NCBI GenBank assembly: GCA_008632985.1
Contig: QPGO01000151.1
Span: 1-64,000 of the forward strand
DNA length: 64,000 nt
Reading direction: 5' to 3'
DNA from: Psammoneis japonica
Lineage: Eukaryota
Each line of letters opens with the position of its first letter. The first letter of the stretch is position 1. Below the pieces are notes generated by a model. It was not told the origin of the DNA. It did no database searches and saw only the letters and a program-made list of their open reading frames with translations. Shown here in pieces: positions 12,150 through 22,598 of the stretch. Both the position numbers and the translations under genes were made by a program.

Positions 12150-13200
12150 CTTGTTTGCACACAGCACGCAATTGTCATTGCAAGTCTTTTGAAAGGGTTC
12201 CCATCCTCCTTGAAGCAAAAAGCAGTCTCTGTCGTTCTTGTGGGATGACAGAGTGGGAGCGCGATTCATGGTGGCAGCGTTGCGTCCGGCAGCTGCTCCA
12301 TTTTTGATCAATGATTCCCATTTGCTGCTGCGGCATGACCCATCATTCATGGACAACAACCAAACGTTGCTGCATCCTTCCAATCCACCATTCTTGCATT
12401 TGGCACCACCAAACAGTGCGGCAACACCATCTTGCACGGCACATGGACAAGGCAAAGCACAAGGACACAGAGCATTGTTGGTCATTTCGACACATGTCCA
12501 TTCCCATGTGGATGCATCCAATGCAAACACCTCATTGGACATGGTCCCATCCTGTGCGGCTCCACACATCATGAGCAGCTTGTTTTTCGACATTGGTGTG
12601 GCGGCATGCAAACCACACACCACATGGTGAGGGGGTGTCACCCGCTGTGGCTTGCTTCTCAACAACCACACCACTGCCCTTTTCATTGACAGTCACAACA
12701 AGAACGTGATTGGCGCAGCAATGAGTGTGCAACAAAATGCAGTCGTCATGCAAAGCAACCGCGACATGATGACTTGCAGGTCCATCGGGCAGTTTGATGT
12801 TTTCCAGCACATTCCATTTGCTTCAATCCTTTAATTGCACGACATCGTCTAGAATGATTCTGCCAGTCCCTGATGTTTGTGGATCCCAGCCACCAAACAA
12901 GGTGGGCTTGTTTCGTAAAATGGAGCAGGCAGATGCCAACCGTGGGTTGGGAGCATCGCTGGCTTTTTGTGGAATCCAACCTCAATCATTGCTCCACTTC
13001 CACAAATCATTCTTGACATGTTGAGTTGTGGCATTGCCGTTTTCTTCTTTTTCTTCCACATGTCCACCAAAGACGTGCAAGTCACCTTGATTTGTCACAA
13101 AAGAAACATGTCCGGGTTGGGGTGGAGCGATCTTTGCACTCCTCAAGATCTGTCCACTCAGCCTTGCAGCTCGTTGCCAAACTCTCAACTTGCAGCATCA
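12150..13200 (-). pseudogene. Kelch-repeat protein pseudogene (hypermutated host-gene copy)
   Basis: GHVSF..GDLHVFGGH, NDLWKW, LFGGWDPQT, LFGGA, LLQGGWEPFQKTCNDNCVL; stops and frameshifts; expected Tyr replaced by His/Cys. Confidence 0.85.
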
Positions 13201-13563
13201 TGACAAAGAACAACAATGCAAGTGTGCAGCTAAATTGTGATGCACAGTGGCGACTCATTGTCCTGTTTTGTCATGACTTGTGACAGCAGCAGCAACAAGA
13301 ACCACGAACCGCAACAAAAGAGAAAAAAATTCTCCACCAAACCCTTGCACAGACTGACCTTGCTTTTTTTCCAAGTGTGAGAAAAAATTTGCTCAATGTG
13401 GGTTTATGCCCATGTTCAGTCATTGACAGGTCTGAATGAACCATGTGAAAAAAAAAAGATTTTGACCAGACAAAATCGGGTGAAAATCGGGAAAAAATCT
13501 GCAAAATCTTTTTTTTGAAAAAAACAACAACAACATGCATGTTGAGTCATAAACACACACACA

Positions 13564-13609
13564 ATCAACTGTCTGCAGACAGTCCACAGACAGTCTGCAG
13601 ACAGTTGAT
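13564..13609. repeat. Perfect 17-bp inverted repeat (hairpin)
   Basis: ATCAACTGTCTGCAGAC (13564-13580) / GTCTGCAGACAGTTGAT (13593-13609); related palindromic run TCAACTGTTGATCAACAGTTGATCAACAGTTGA at 13758-13790. Confidence 0.85.
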
Positions 13610-14859
13610 CTGTTGTTTGTCAATGACTGAATCCATGTGTAAATTTTTTTGAAAAAAAGCATTTTTTTTCCAAATGAAAAAGAAAATTTGCCAAATGTGG
13701 GGGTTCATTTTCGGAAAAAAATGTTGTGCACATGTGCGTTCATTGTAAAAAGCATTGTCAACTGTTGATCAACAGTTGATCAACAGTTGAATTTTTTTGC
13801 TGTGGCGCAAAAAAAAAACACCAACAAAAAGACGACCGACGATGCAACGGAGATGTCAGCAGATCATTCTGCCGGCAAAATGTCGTCGTGAAGTTGCAAC
13901 ATCCAAGTTTACAAATGAGGTTGTTGTCTGTCGACACAATCGCTCCTTCCACCCAGTCACAATCATGGACAGGCACTGGCCAAGAATTGGTTGGATGAAA
14001 GGTCGCTTGCGACTTTGGCACGTCCGTCTCGTTGAATGGAGATGAGACGATTCTTGCAATTGGAGACACAACAAACATTGCTGTGCAAACTGTGCTGGTG
14101 GTGTTCTTCTGTTTAAATGCTGCTCTGCCTTGGACCGTTGGGTTCTGCTCATCAGCGATGTTCCTGGACAAGCTGATTGTGACCGATTTGGATTTCCGTG
14201 TTGCTCTCGGACGTGGGAGACATTGTTGCTGTCGGAGCTTGCCATCAAAAGACGAAAAATGGGACAAGGTCAGGGTTGGTTTGATTGTTTGAACATGATG
14301 TTGTCATTTCATCCTGGAGCCATCTCGGGCAGAGAGTTGTTGGTCGAGCTGCAGATTGTCAATTTGGCATTTCTGTTTTGCTCACTTGGAAACCGTTCTC
14401 ACTGTTGGGACAAACAATTGGAACAAATGAGGGTGGGAATGACAATCAATCAACACAACAATTGCCAGTTGATGCTGGCGCCCTCTGCGGGCTTTTAGCC
14501 GACATTCGTGGAAACAAAGCTGGTTGCAGGTGTTTGAACCATGCTCTGAAGAGATTCACAAATCATGATGAATGGCCCACTGCTTCTGTTGGCATGCTGC
14601 AAATCGATCACAACAAGTCAAACCACAACTCTGTCTAAGTGCGCCATTGTCACCAGCACACCATGCCACAAGAGAAGCATCATGCGCTTGTTTTCTTTTC
14701 CACTCTCGGGCAAGCGGACCTGGCTCAATGTCACCGCAGCTTGGATGATCAGCACAGTTCATCAGGAAGCATCTTTTCTGTTTCTTCATCCTCTGGTGTT
14801 GCCTGCTGCTGCTGCTGTTGTTGATTGTGATGATGTCCAAAAAAGTGGAGAACCATGGC

Positions 14860-15210
14860 AGACACACTCACGACGAGTCCGTCACATTGAATCCCACTCA
14901 AGGAATGTCCACAAAACCAAATGGATGCCACCAGTGTCATAACCTTGCATGCCAATCCAATGATGGAACACGTCAGGGCCCCAAATTCAGCAATGGTGAC
15001 AAAAATAGAAACTTGTCTGAGTGCACCACTCAAACTGAGAGCCGAGAGCCACCAACAAAAAGCCCGTTTTTCGAAGGACATGAACTTTGTTGAGTGCAAG
15101 GTGTGACATGCCAGCCAAGATGGTTTTCCCCAATTGAACATTGAATTTACACTCATGAGCTTGTCCTCGTGTGCACCCGTGCCACCGTCAAAGCAGTGGA
15201 AAGTGGCAAA
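14860..15210 (-). pseudogene. Fragment of a UAA-family (SLC35B) nucleotide-sugar transporter, hypermutated
   Basis: FDGGTGAHEDKLMSV and IFVTIAEFGALTCSIIGLACKVMTLVASIWFCGHSL match the family C-terminal pattern (DG..G.Y.D; FGAL....I...RK..T...S...YGH). Confidence 0.78.
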
Positions 15211-16044
15211 CATTGTTTGTTCCATGCTCGCACACACTCATCCTCCCCACAAAGAGCGCCACACCACCACAATCATGACGACATTGTCACATTGTTTCTT
15301 CACAGGACATTTTCTTTCCTCTTTCCCATGAGAGCCCCCACAAGCATCACGTGTGCTGGTTTGCAACTCTTGGCTCTTGGTTGACACTCAAGTGGGACAA
15401 ATGACATGGCGAAGTGACCTTGCCGAACAAAAGACACTGCCCATGGGGAGGTGAGTCCCAAAATGGCAAAGCGTGAAGCTGGTGGAACAGTGGTGGGTGT
15501 GTCGTTCTGAACATAACGTCCTGCCGCGCAGCTGTCATGGTGTACAATGACGATGTAGCAAACAAAACGCAAGTTCGTGCAACTTGCGTCCACCCGATGT
15601 TGTGCACTCCAACAACAATCCGTGCACGACAAAGGAGTGCATGATTCCAAAAAAACACAAGAGCAACCACAGGAGTTCTGTTTTTGTACAGTACAGTAGT
15701 TTTCTCTTCTGAAACAGAACATCAACATCACACCAAGAACTACTGTAAACAACTGTAACACCCGACACCCGCACACCAAAGAAAGTGAGTGCGGGAAGAT
15801 GCGTTGGGCGGTCGCAGAATTCGCGCGATTGGATTTTTGGAATTTTTGAAATTTTTGGTGCTGACGTCCAGATATATTTACATCTTAACATCCGTATATA
15901 TTAGAGCTCGCGACCAGCGATGATGGTTTCGATGATTCTTCATTTTCAATTTCACCATGAGCACACACCAGCGCCGTTGCCGCACAACCAACCACCAACC
16001 ACCAACCACCAACGTTGATATAAAGCCCCGATAGCACAAAGAAG

Positions 16045-16708
16045 ATGCGAATCTCTTTCATTCTCATAACGTTGTCAAGCTTACTGCTAGTGAATTGCAG
16101 TGCCTTCGTGTCTCCCAGCACAACGGGAGCCAAACTCAATCGCGTTCTTTCCTTGCGCAGTTTGACAAACAACAATGACCATTCAAGGCCGTTGTTGTAT
16201 CAAGTGCTTGCGACACCTCGCGAGAGTGACCTAAAACCAGGAAATTGCAACTTTTTCTACAATGATGAAGTGTCAAGTCACTTGCACGGGTACATGTTGT
16301 TGTTTGGATTGTTTGCTGCAAAAGATGAGGTGTGCTTCAAGTGCTCATGTACCGTGTGTACGTCTCGTTTCGTTGTTTACAGGTCACTCATCCTCTTTTT
16401 CTTATCTTCACGCCATTTCTCGTTATTAGGTTTTCGTAGTTTCCTTTGGAATCTTTGCTGCTCTAGCGGCCACAGCTACCACAATTGGAATATTGCCAGC
16501 CAATCCACGAGTCCCTGCAGTTGTGGCGATTGCCACCTTGGCTACAACTCTTCTTGTTCGCCAGTTGATACATCCAGAAATGTTGGGATACGAGGCTGAT
16601 TTGGCATGGAAATTTGAACTCTTGGTTTGCGCCGTCAATGTCCTTTGGGGATTTGGAGGTTCGTGGCGAACCAAGGAACCCAAGAATGGAGCCACGTTTG
16701 GTTTTTGA
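16045..16708 (+). CDS. Small predicted plastid-targeted membrane protein, 2 exons
   Basis: Signal peptide ending CSA-FVSP (diatom bipartite motif); intron ~16330-16429 gives in-frame hydrophobic helices ending at TGA 16708. Confidence 0.75.
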
Positions 16709-17753
16709 ATTTGTGAAGTAAATATCCTTTCGTCTCAGAATAGGTAGTAGGATAGTCCAACTGCTGAACGGAGGACTGGTGGGCGCGGCTACGTTTTGCG
16801 ACTGCCACGAGACAAGCGACAGTGGGAGGACTTGATTCATTCAATCGACTCGAGTGGTGCTCACTCGCACCATGCCAGATTTCGCGGGATTAAGTCTAGA
16901 TTTGGAATACTACAATGACGACTGAGCGGATTGATAACTGCTCTACTACCAATCTGCTCGATTCCAGTTTCAAGGGATCTGCGCTTATGCGGTGAATGCC
17001 TCTCTTACGTCTAGCTGAAGTGCTGCCTGCGTCTGATTCATCATCTTATTCTGCATTCCCTGGTATTGTTGGCATCCTTGTGACTGCATACAGATCACCT
17101 ATTAAATCCTGTCCTTACAGTTGCATCTGACGGCAAGGCGTGAGGGGATTGCTTGATTCTGAGGTGGTGAGTCCCATTTATGATTGTGCCCGGAAGTAGT
17201 TTCAGCCGGTTTTTCTCCAGCAACGACATCTGAACACCTATTTTGTACTCCCAGTCTGGAATTATGGGTAGCGGGGATTGCAGAGGAGGCAAGCCTTAGC
17301 TTCTCACTGCAGGGGAATCAAGCTGTGAAAGTTGCTGCCGATCGGATCCAGGTTCAGAGGTATCAAGAATGTTGTCCTGAACCTCCTCATCGTGGCGCAG
17401 TGTGGTTTGGGACATTTCGCAGTCCGTGGCTGCGTTCTTCGTCGTTTCGGTGGTTGTTGTAAGATTCAAAATACTGTTGAAAAGGAGGTCGAAAATTACA
17501 AGCTAATATATACTCTGATCCGTGGACACGTCATCGCCTTTGACTATCATATCGTCCGATCCTCGCATCCTTTTGTGCTATGATTGCCGTTGTGAAGTGG
17601 GCCCAAGGCGGCAACTACGAGTATGATGCAGACTTACGGTGTTAGGGTCTGCTAAGTTATCTTGATTATTTCCTAAAGGGACGAACAATATCGAAAGTTT
17701 GAAGCGAGATCTTCTTCTCAGAAAGAATCAATCGAGAGAGGGCGTGAAAGACT

Positions 17754-17894
17754 GGACACCCATGAATTGATTTGAATGATTCAATTCAGGAGTGACAAAA
17801 AAAGAAAGATTGGACACCCCTGAATTGAATCAACACTAGCGATCGGACACTCCTGAATTGAATCGAGATTCTTTGGCTCAATTCAGGAGTGTCC
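17754..17894. repeat. Cluster of five 17-bp motifs GGACACYCCTGAATTGA in both orientations (probable transposon end)
   Basis: Forward at 17754, 17812, 17845; inverted at 17781, 17878; 17845-17861 and 17878-17894 are perfect reverse complements. Confidence 0.85.
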
Positions 17895-17954
17895 ACGAGG
17901 ACACGTCTTCTCTGGATTGATTCTTCCTGAGAGGAAATTCTCACATATTGCGCA

Positions 17955-19126
17955 TCAGCATCTCTTCAGTCGGGGATCCTTAGGAATCGGACCGCCTCGT
18001 GTGGTTCGGTATTCTTCCCGAAACCGTCGCGACTCGTCTTCGAATTCATTGTGGATCGCATTCTGCGATGCAGCTGAAGGTTGTCCCTGTGGATGGGTCT
18101 GTCCGAGTAGACTGTTGTGTAAGTCCGTTATCTTGATTTGAACGGCTTGGGGTAGCGTTGGCAAGGGCGGTGCAGACTTGGGGTTCATATACGGCATTTC
18201 CATCGAGATGCGGTGTGTTGTTTCATTCCTTCCTCCCGGCTCTCTGAAAATAAAGCAGTCGTATGCCCGTGCTGCTGCAGCATGCTCAGCAAACGTCTTT
18301 TTCGCTGCAAGTATAATGCGTAATGACCAAATGTGAGGGTTCTCATCAAAGATTCAACAGAGTGACATTTAAAAAAAAGCAAGCACGTACTGTACCAAAT
18401 CACGTCCACGTTCGTCCGAGGATCGCGGCGAACAGAATAGTTTTTCGCGTCACCGTAGCGACCACAAGGGAAGATTTCACCGGTTCTGGGTGAAACGAAA
18501 ACGGCCGTAAACATGAGTTGATGCGGCATCCCACCGTCGTGCCAACTGTAATAATCCTTTTTGGAAAGCAGCTGGCGGTGTTTCTTCCCGAACCAACCAG
18601 CAAGTATTGCTTTCGGTTGTATGTCGCCGAGGGTTGAGTTCGACGCTTGAGGAGTGTTCACGGTCTGAGCTGCACGCGAAGGTGCTCCTCCTTGTTTCCT
18701 TCCTGAATCGGCGGTGATGGATGAAAATGATGTTCCTGATACGGACGGAAAAGCCACCGATTCGGCGATAGACACACGACTGCTAGTCGTGGTGTCTTGT
18801 CGTGAACCCTCAGGTATCGATGACCCCCAAGTACGCGAGACCCAAGAAGATGGCACCTTATGCGTTTGGTGGGTACTGCGGTGGCTCCTTTGATCCTCGT
18901 TTGTGATGGATGAGACTTCTGTGCTTGCTATTGAAGGCGTCGATACCGAATCGGCGACAGAGGCGCCGCTTGAGGTTGCGTGCTGCGAACCCTCCGTGAT
19001 CGAGAAGCCAGGGGGCGTACCGAGAGTCCAAGACGATGACGCTTTCCCCAGTTTATCTTCATTGCGATGACCATTTCCCCATCTTGAGCCTGGGCCTGGT
19101 GGCCCCCCTCCGAGACTCGACGACAT
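17955..19126 (-). CDS. Protein with Ser-rich disordered N-terminus and a divergent double-stranded-RNA-binding-like domain, 2 exons
   Basis: PKAIL..W....GMPHQLMFTAVF...WY-T-KKTFAEHAAAARAY after removing intron 18390-18305; resembles the dsRBM KKxAExxAAxxA helix. Confidence 0.7.
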
Positions 19127-19917
19127 GGTGTTTTGACACGATCGTCAGTTTTCATGTGAGAATGATCGTGGTACGTTTGGAAAGGAGACCCGTCAAACCA
19201 AAATTTGACGGGCGATACGATAGGGTTCCCTCTGATGAGTGGATGGCATGATATTGACTGGCGCTACTTGTACGGTATGTAGATGTATGGCACCGAAATT
19301 TTCAGATTTTCGTGTGAAAGAGTCGTCCTCGTCGTCGCGGCGCGGGCGAGCTAGTCTACTCTGCTAGGCCCTACCGGTACATAGCAGTAGGCCTCTAAAA
19401 CCTACCTGGCGGTCCTATGTGCATCTATCGCCAGCCTGAAAGCGCAATAAGAATGAAGGCGCGGAAAGTTCTTCACAGGGTTGGTCAAGAACCCGGAGCC
19501 ACGACTAGTAGAGAAGCTCCCCGCTCTCTTTGGCCCTTACGAGTAGTCTTGCTCTCTCTACTCTAGAGCAGAGAGGGGCCCTACTTACTCTCTTATCTCT
19601 CTACTCTAGCTGGAGAGTATCGATACTCTAAAGCTCTAGAGTAGAGACAGCTCTCTCTGCAGAGCTCTAGACAGGCTACCTCTAGCTAGCCACCCTCTCC
19701 AGCTACTAGAGAGCAGTTAGACTCTCTCTGCTCGAGAGAGTGCACCGTACATGTACTCTTATGATCTAAGACTCTTTAGCGTTACCCTCGTTATTATGCT
19801 ATTTAATCGAGATTCAGTAAGTAAAGACAAGAGGCGGACTCATTCAAGCAATGCTACCTAAAAGGAACTAGCCAAAGGGCAATCATGACTGTGTATGTTG
19901 ATTCGAAGCGGAGGTGA

Positions 19918-22213
19918 CTATGCAGCCCTCTGCTCTTCTTCGTGATGAGCTCCATCAGCAGCTTCCGTGACAATAGGATCATCACCGTACATGTGTCCAA
20001 TCAAATCTTCATAAGTCCTGAGCACCATGTGTCTTCGGATGCTCATTTTCGGAGTTAGAAAGCCATTCGCAGCGGTAAAGGGCGCAACCAAGCTCCACGA
20101 CTTTGGTACCTCAAACTTTTTCATATTTTGGCAGGCAGATGCAATTTCAGAGTCGATAAGATCCGAGACGCGTTGGTCGTTTGCCATGTCTTCCTCCGAA
20201 ACGTCCTCCTTGAGTTTAAACTCCTGTCGGATAGCTTCCCAGTCGGGCACAATCAGTGCGGTGTTGTGTGGGCGATTGGCGCCGCAAAGAACAATCTGAC
20301 TGATAAAGCGACTGAGTCCAATCTTTTCTTCGATTGGAGTGGGAACGACATATTTTCCATTCTCAAGTTTGTACTGCTCCTTGATTCTTCCAGTATCTTT
20401 ACAAATCCGTCCACGTCAATTCGTCCCAAGTCACCAGTGTGGAACCTACTCGATATGCAAGGGAAATGCATCTTGTTAGAAAGAGGTCGCTGCTGTCGAA
20501 CTCGACGTCGATCAGGCAAGCGCAACTTACATTCTGGATTTTCCGTCTGGGGCAATGCTGATGACTTCATCGGTAGCCGCCTGGTTGTTGTAATATCCAC
20601 GCATCACATTGTCGCCGGAACAGCAGATCTCGCCTTCTTCGCCCTGAGCCACAGGCTTGCCGTCTTCTCCAATAATATACACAGTCACTCCATCAAGAGG
20701 CCTGCCACCGGTTCCTGGTTTCCGAGAAGTAGGAGTATTCATTGTGATAATGGGAGATGTTTCTGTTAGGCCGTACCCCTCACAAACGGGAATACCGAGA
20801 TCATCCATAAAGTCCGTCACTTCGGCCGGTAGCGCAGCACCGCCAGCAAAGCCATGCTTGAGATTGCCACCAAACCGCTCACGAATCTTGGAAAGTACAA
20901 TGGAATCCAAAGCCTTCAACTGAAACTTTTCAACAGCACCAAGAGGTTGTCCCCCGTGTTCCGCTTCCACCCGGCGCCTTCCCAACTGTAGCGCCTTCCT
21001 CATTAGGTTCTTTCGGATCGGGTTTGAGTTCTCCATGGTGTTGTGGACACCGTCATAAATCCTCTTGTACAGCGTCGGAACGGCGAAGAGAACGGTGGGC
21101 TTGACAAACTGAAGATCCTCCAGAATGGAAGGAACTCCACGGCAAATACCCATCGACGATCCATGAGCAATCTCTGCCCATAATTCACAAGTTTGTCCAA
21201 AGGAGTGAGCCCAAGGCAAAAACGCAAGACTGCGGTCCGTTTCACGATAAAAGTCATCAGGTTCCTCCTGTCCCTTCAAGCCCGCCTTGATATTCGATAC
21301 AAAGTTCAAATGAGTCAACTCCACACCCTTTGGCTTTCCGGTGGTGCCACTCGTATAAATGAGATTAGCCAAATCGTCCTGCGTTGGCCTTGTAATCAAG
21401 CTCTCGGTATCTTCCGATGCGTTCGCCATTGCTGTAGCAAAAGCGTGCGGTTCACCCATAGCTGCGTCCAGGCACAGAACCGACTTGACGAGGGGGGTTG
21501 AAGGAAGCACCTCCTCACGACACTTGTCGTAAATGTCTTGGTTCGCGCAAAAGAGTGTGGTGCAGCCAGAATCATTCAAGATGTAATTCCAATCAGAAGG
21601 CATCTGAGCCTCGTACATGGGGACAATCGCGGCATTGAGAGAAAATGCGGCGGCACCAATAGTGGCCCACTCCCAACGGTTGTTCGAGATGATTCCCACC
21701 TTATCGAATTCCTGAACACCTAAACAACAAAAACAACAAGGTTTTCAGTGAGCGAGAGCAGTCCAATTAAACTCAAAACATTCCAGGAAAAATATTTTAA
21801 CAACAAGTGAACTTACCCATCTCCTTAAGTACTTGACGACACTTGTTCACATTCGTTCCGTATTCTCCAAAAGTCATCCACTCAAAGTCTCCTCCTTTCT
21901 CGGATTCCTTATACGTTCCAAACAACTCGTGTTCGTTGAATGCAACACAAGCATTCACCTGTGCTTCATGGAGTGTATCAAACTTGACCATTTGACAATC
22001 GTCAAGAATCCCTTGTTTTCGCAAATTCACCAAGTCGAGTTCCGCATAAATCGTCCGCGATAAAGTCTTTCCACCAGCATGATAGGAACGCAATGATCCT
22101 CCGTTCTTGCACTTTAGCAGCGGTTCCACTGCAACGGTCGATGAGGGAAGCAAGCTCCTGTAAGACTTGCTTCCAATCCGACGCACCGCGGTGCAAAGCT
22201 GAGTGCTAGCCAT
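19918..22213 (-). CDS. Long-chain acyl-CoA synthetase, 3 exons
   Basis: IYTSGTTGKPKGV, EGYGLTETSP, FHTGDLG, TPKMSIRR; introns 21816-21720 and 20530-20446; 1-nt deletion near 20395 in ITGRIKEQYKLENGKYV. Confidence 0.93.
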
Positions 22214-22598
22214 CTTGATGACAAAAGATACGACCCTTTCTTTTGACTCTCGTGACAGAGCTGTCACAGAAAATGATTCGGTTGAAATTTTGTGTTCGAG
22301 GGGTGTCACTGCTGAGATCGGAGGGAGGTGTCAATCTGATGGGAGGGGTTCGCAAAATTCATTCTTTGACACGAAGTAGACGTCACAAGGAAGTGACGCT
22401 CAAGCTTTTTGCTCTTGAAAATGCCTTGCCTCCTGAACTTCTCGCGGGACTGAAAATCGGTGAGTCCTGTGAAGTTATCGAGCGAAATTCGCGCGCGTGA
22501 AATTTTGGAAATCGAAAAACTCCATCCAACGTCTGTCTGTCAACTCACCTTCTGTGCGGCACAAAAAAAGCCTCACGACACAAAAACCAACACAAACC

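Larger units (their letters stand above)
8350..15500. other. TpA-depleted hypermutated block A (TE relics plus host-gene pseudogenes)
   Basis: No TA counted in 9875-11305; TG/CA excess; six-frame ORFs nearly lack Tyr and end mostly in TGA; boundaries approximate and graded. Confidence 0.92.

Noticed and set aside
8350..15500. Dense overlapping Cys/His-rich ORFs in all six frames (also blocks B and C) as novel genes or an alternative genetic code
   Set aside because: Loss of TA removes TAA/TAG stops and Tyr codons in every frame; the recognisable proteins are broken by TGA and frameshifts.
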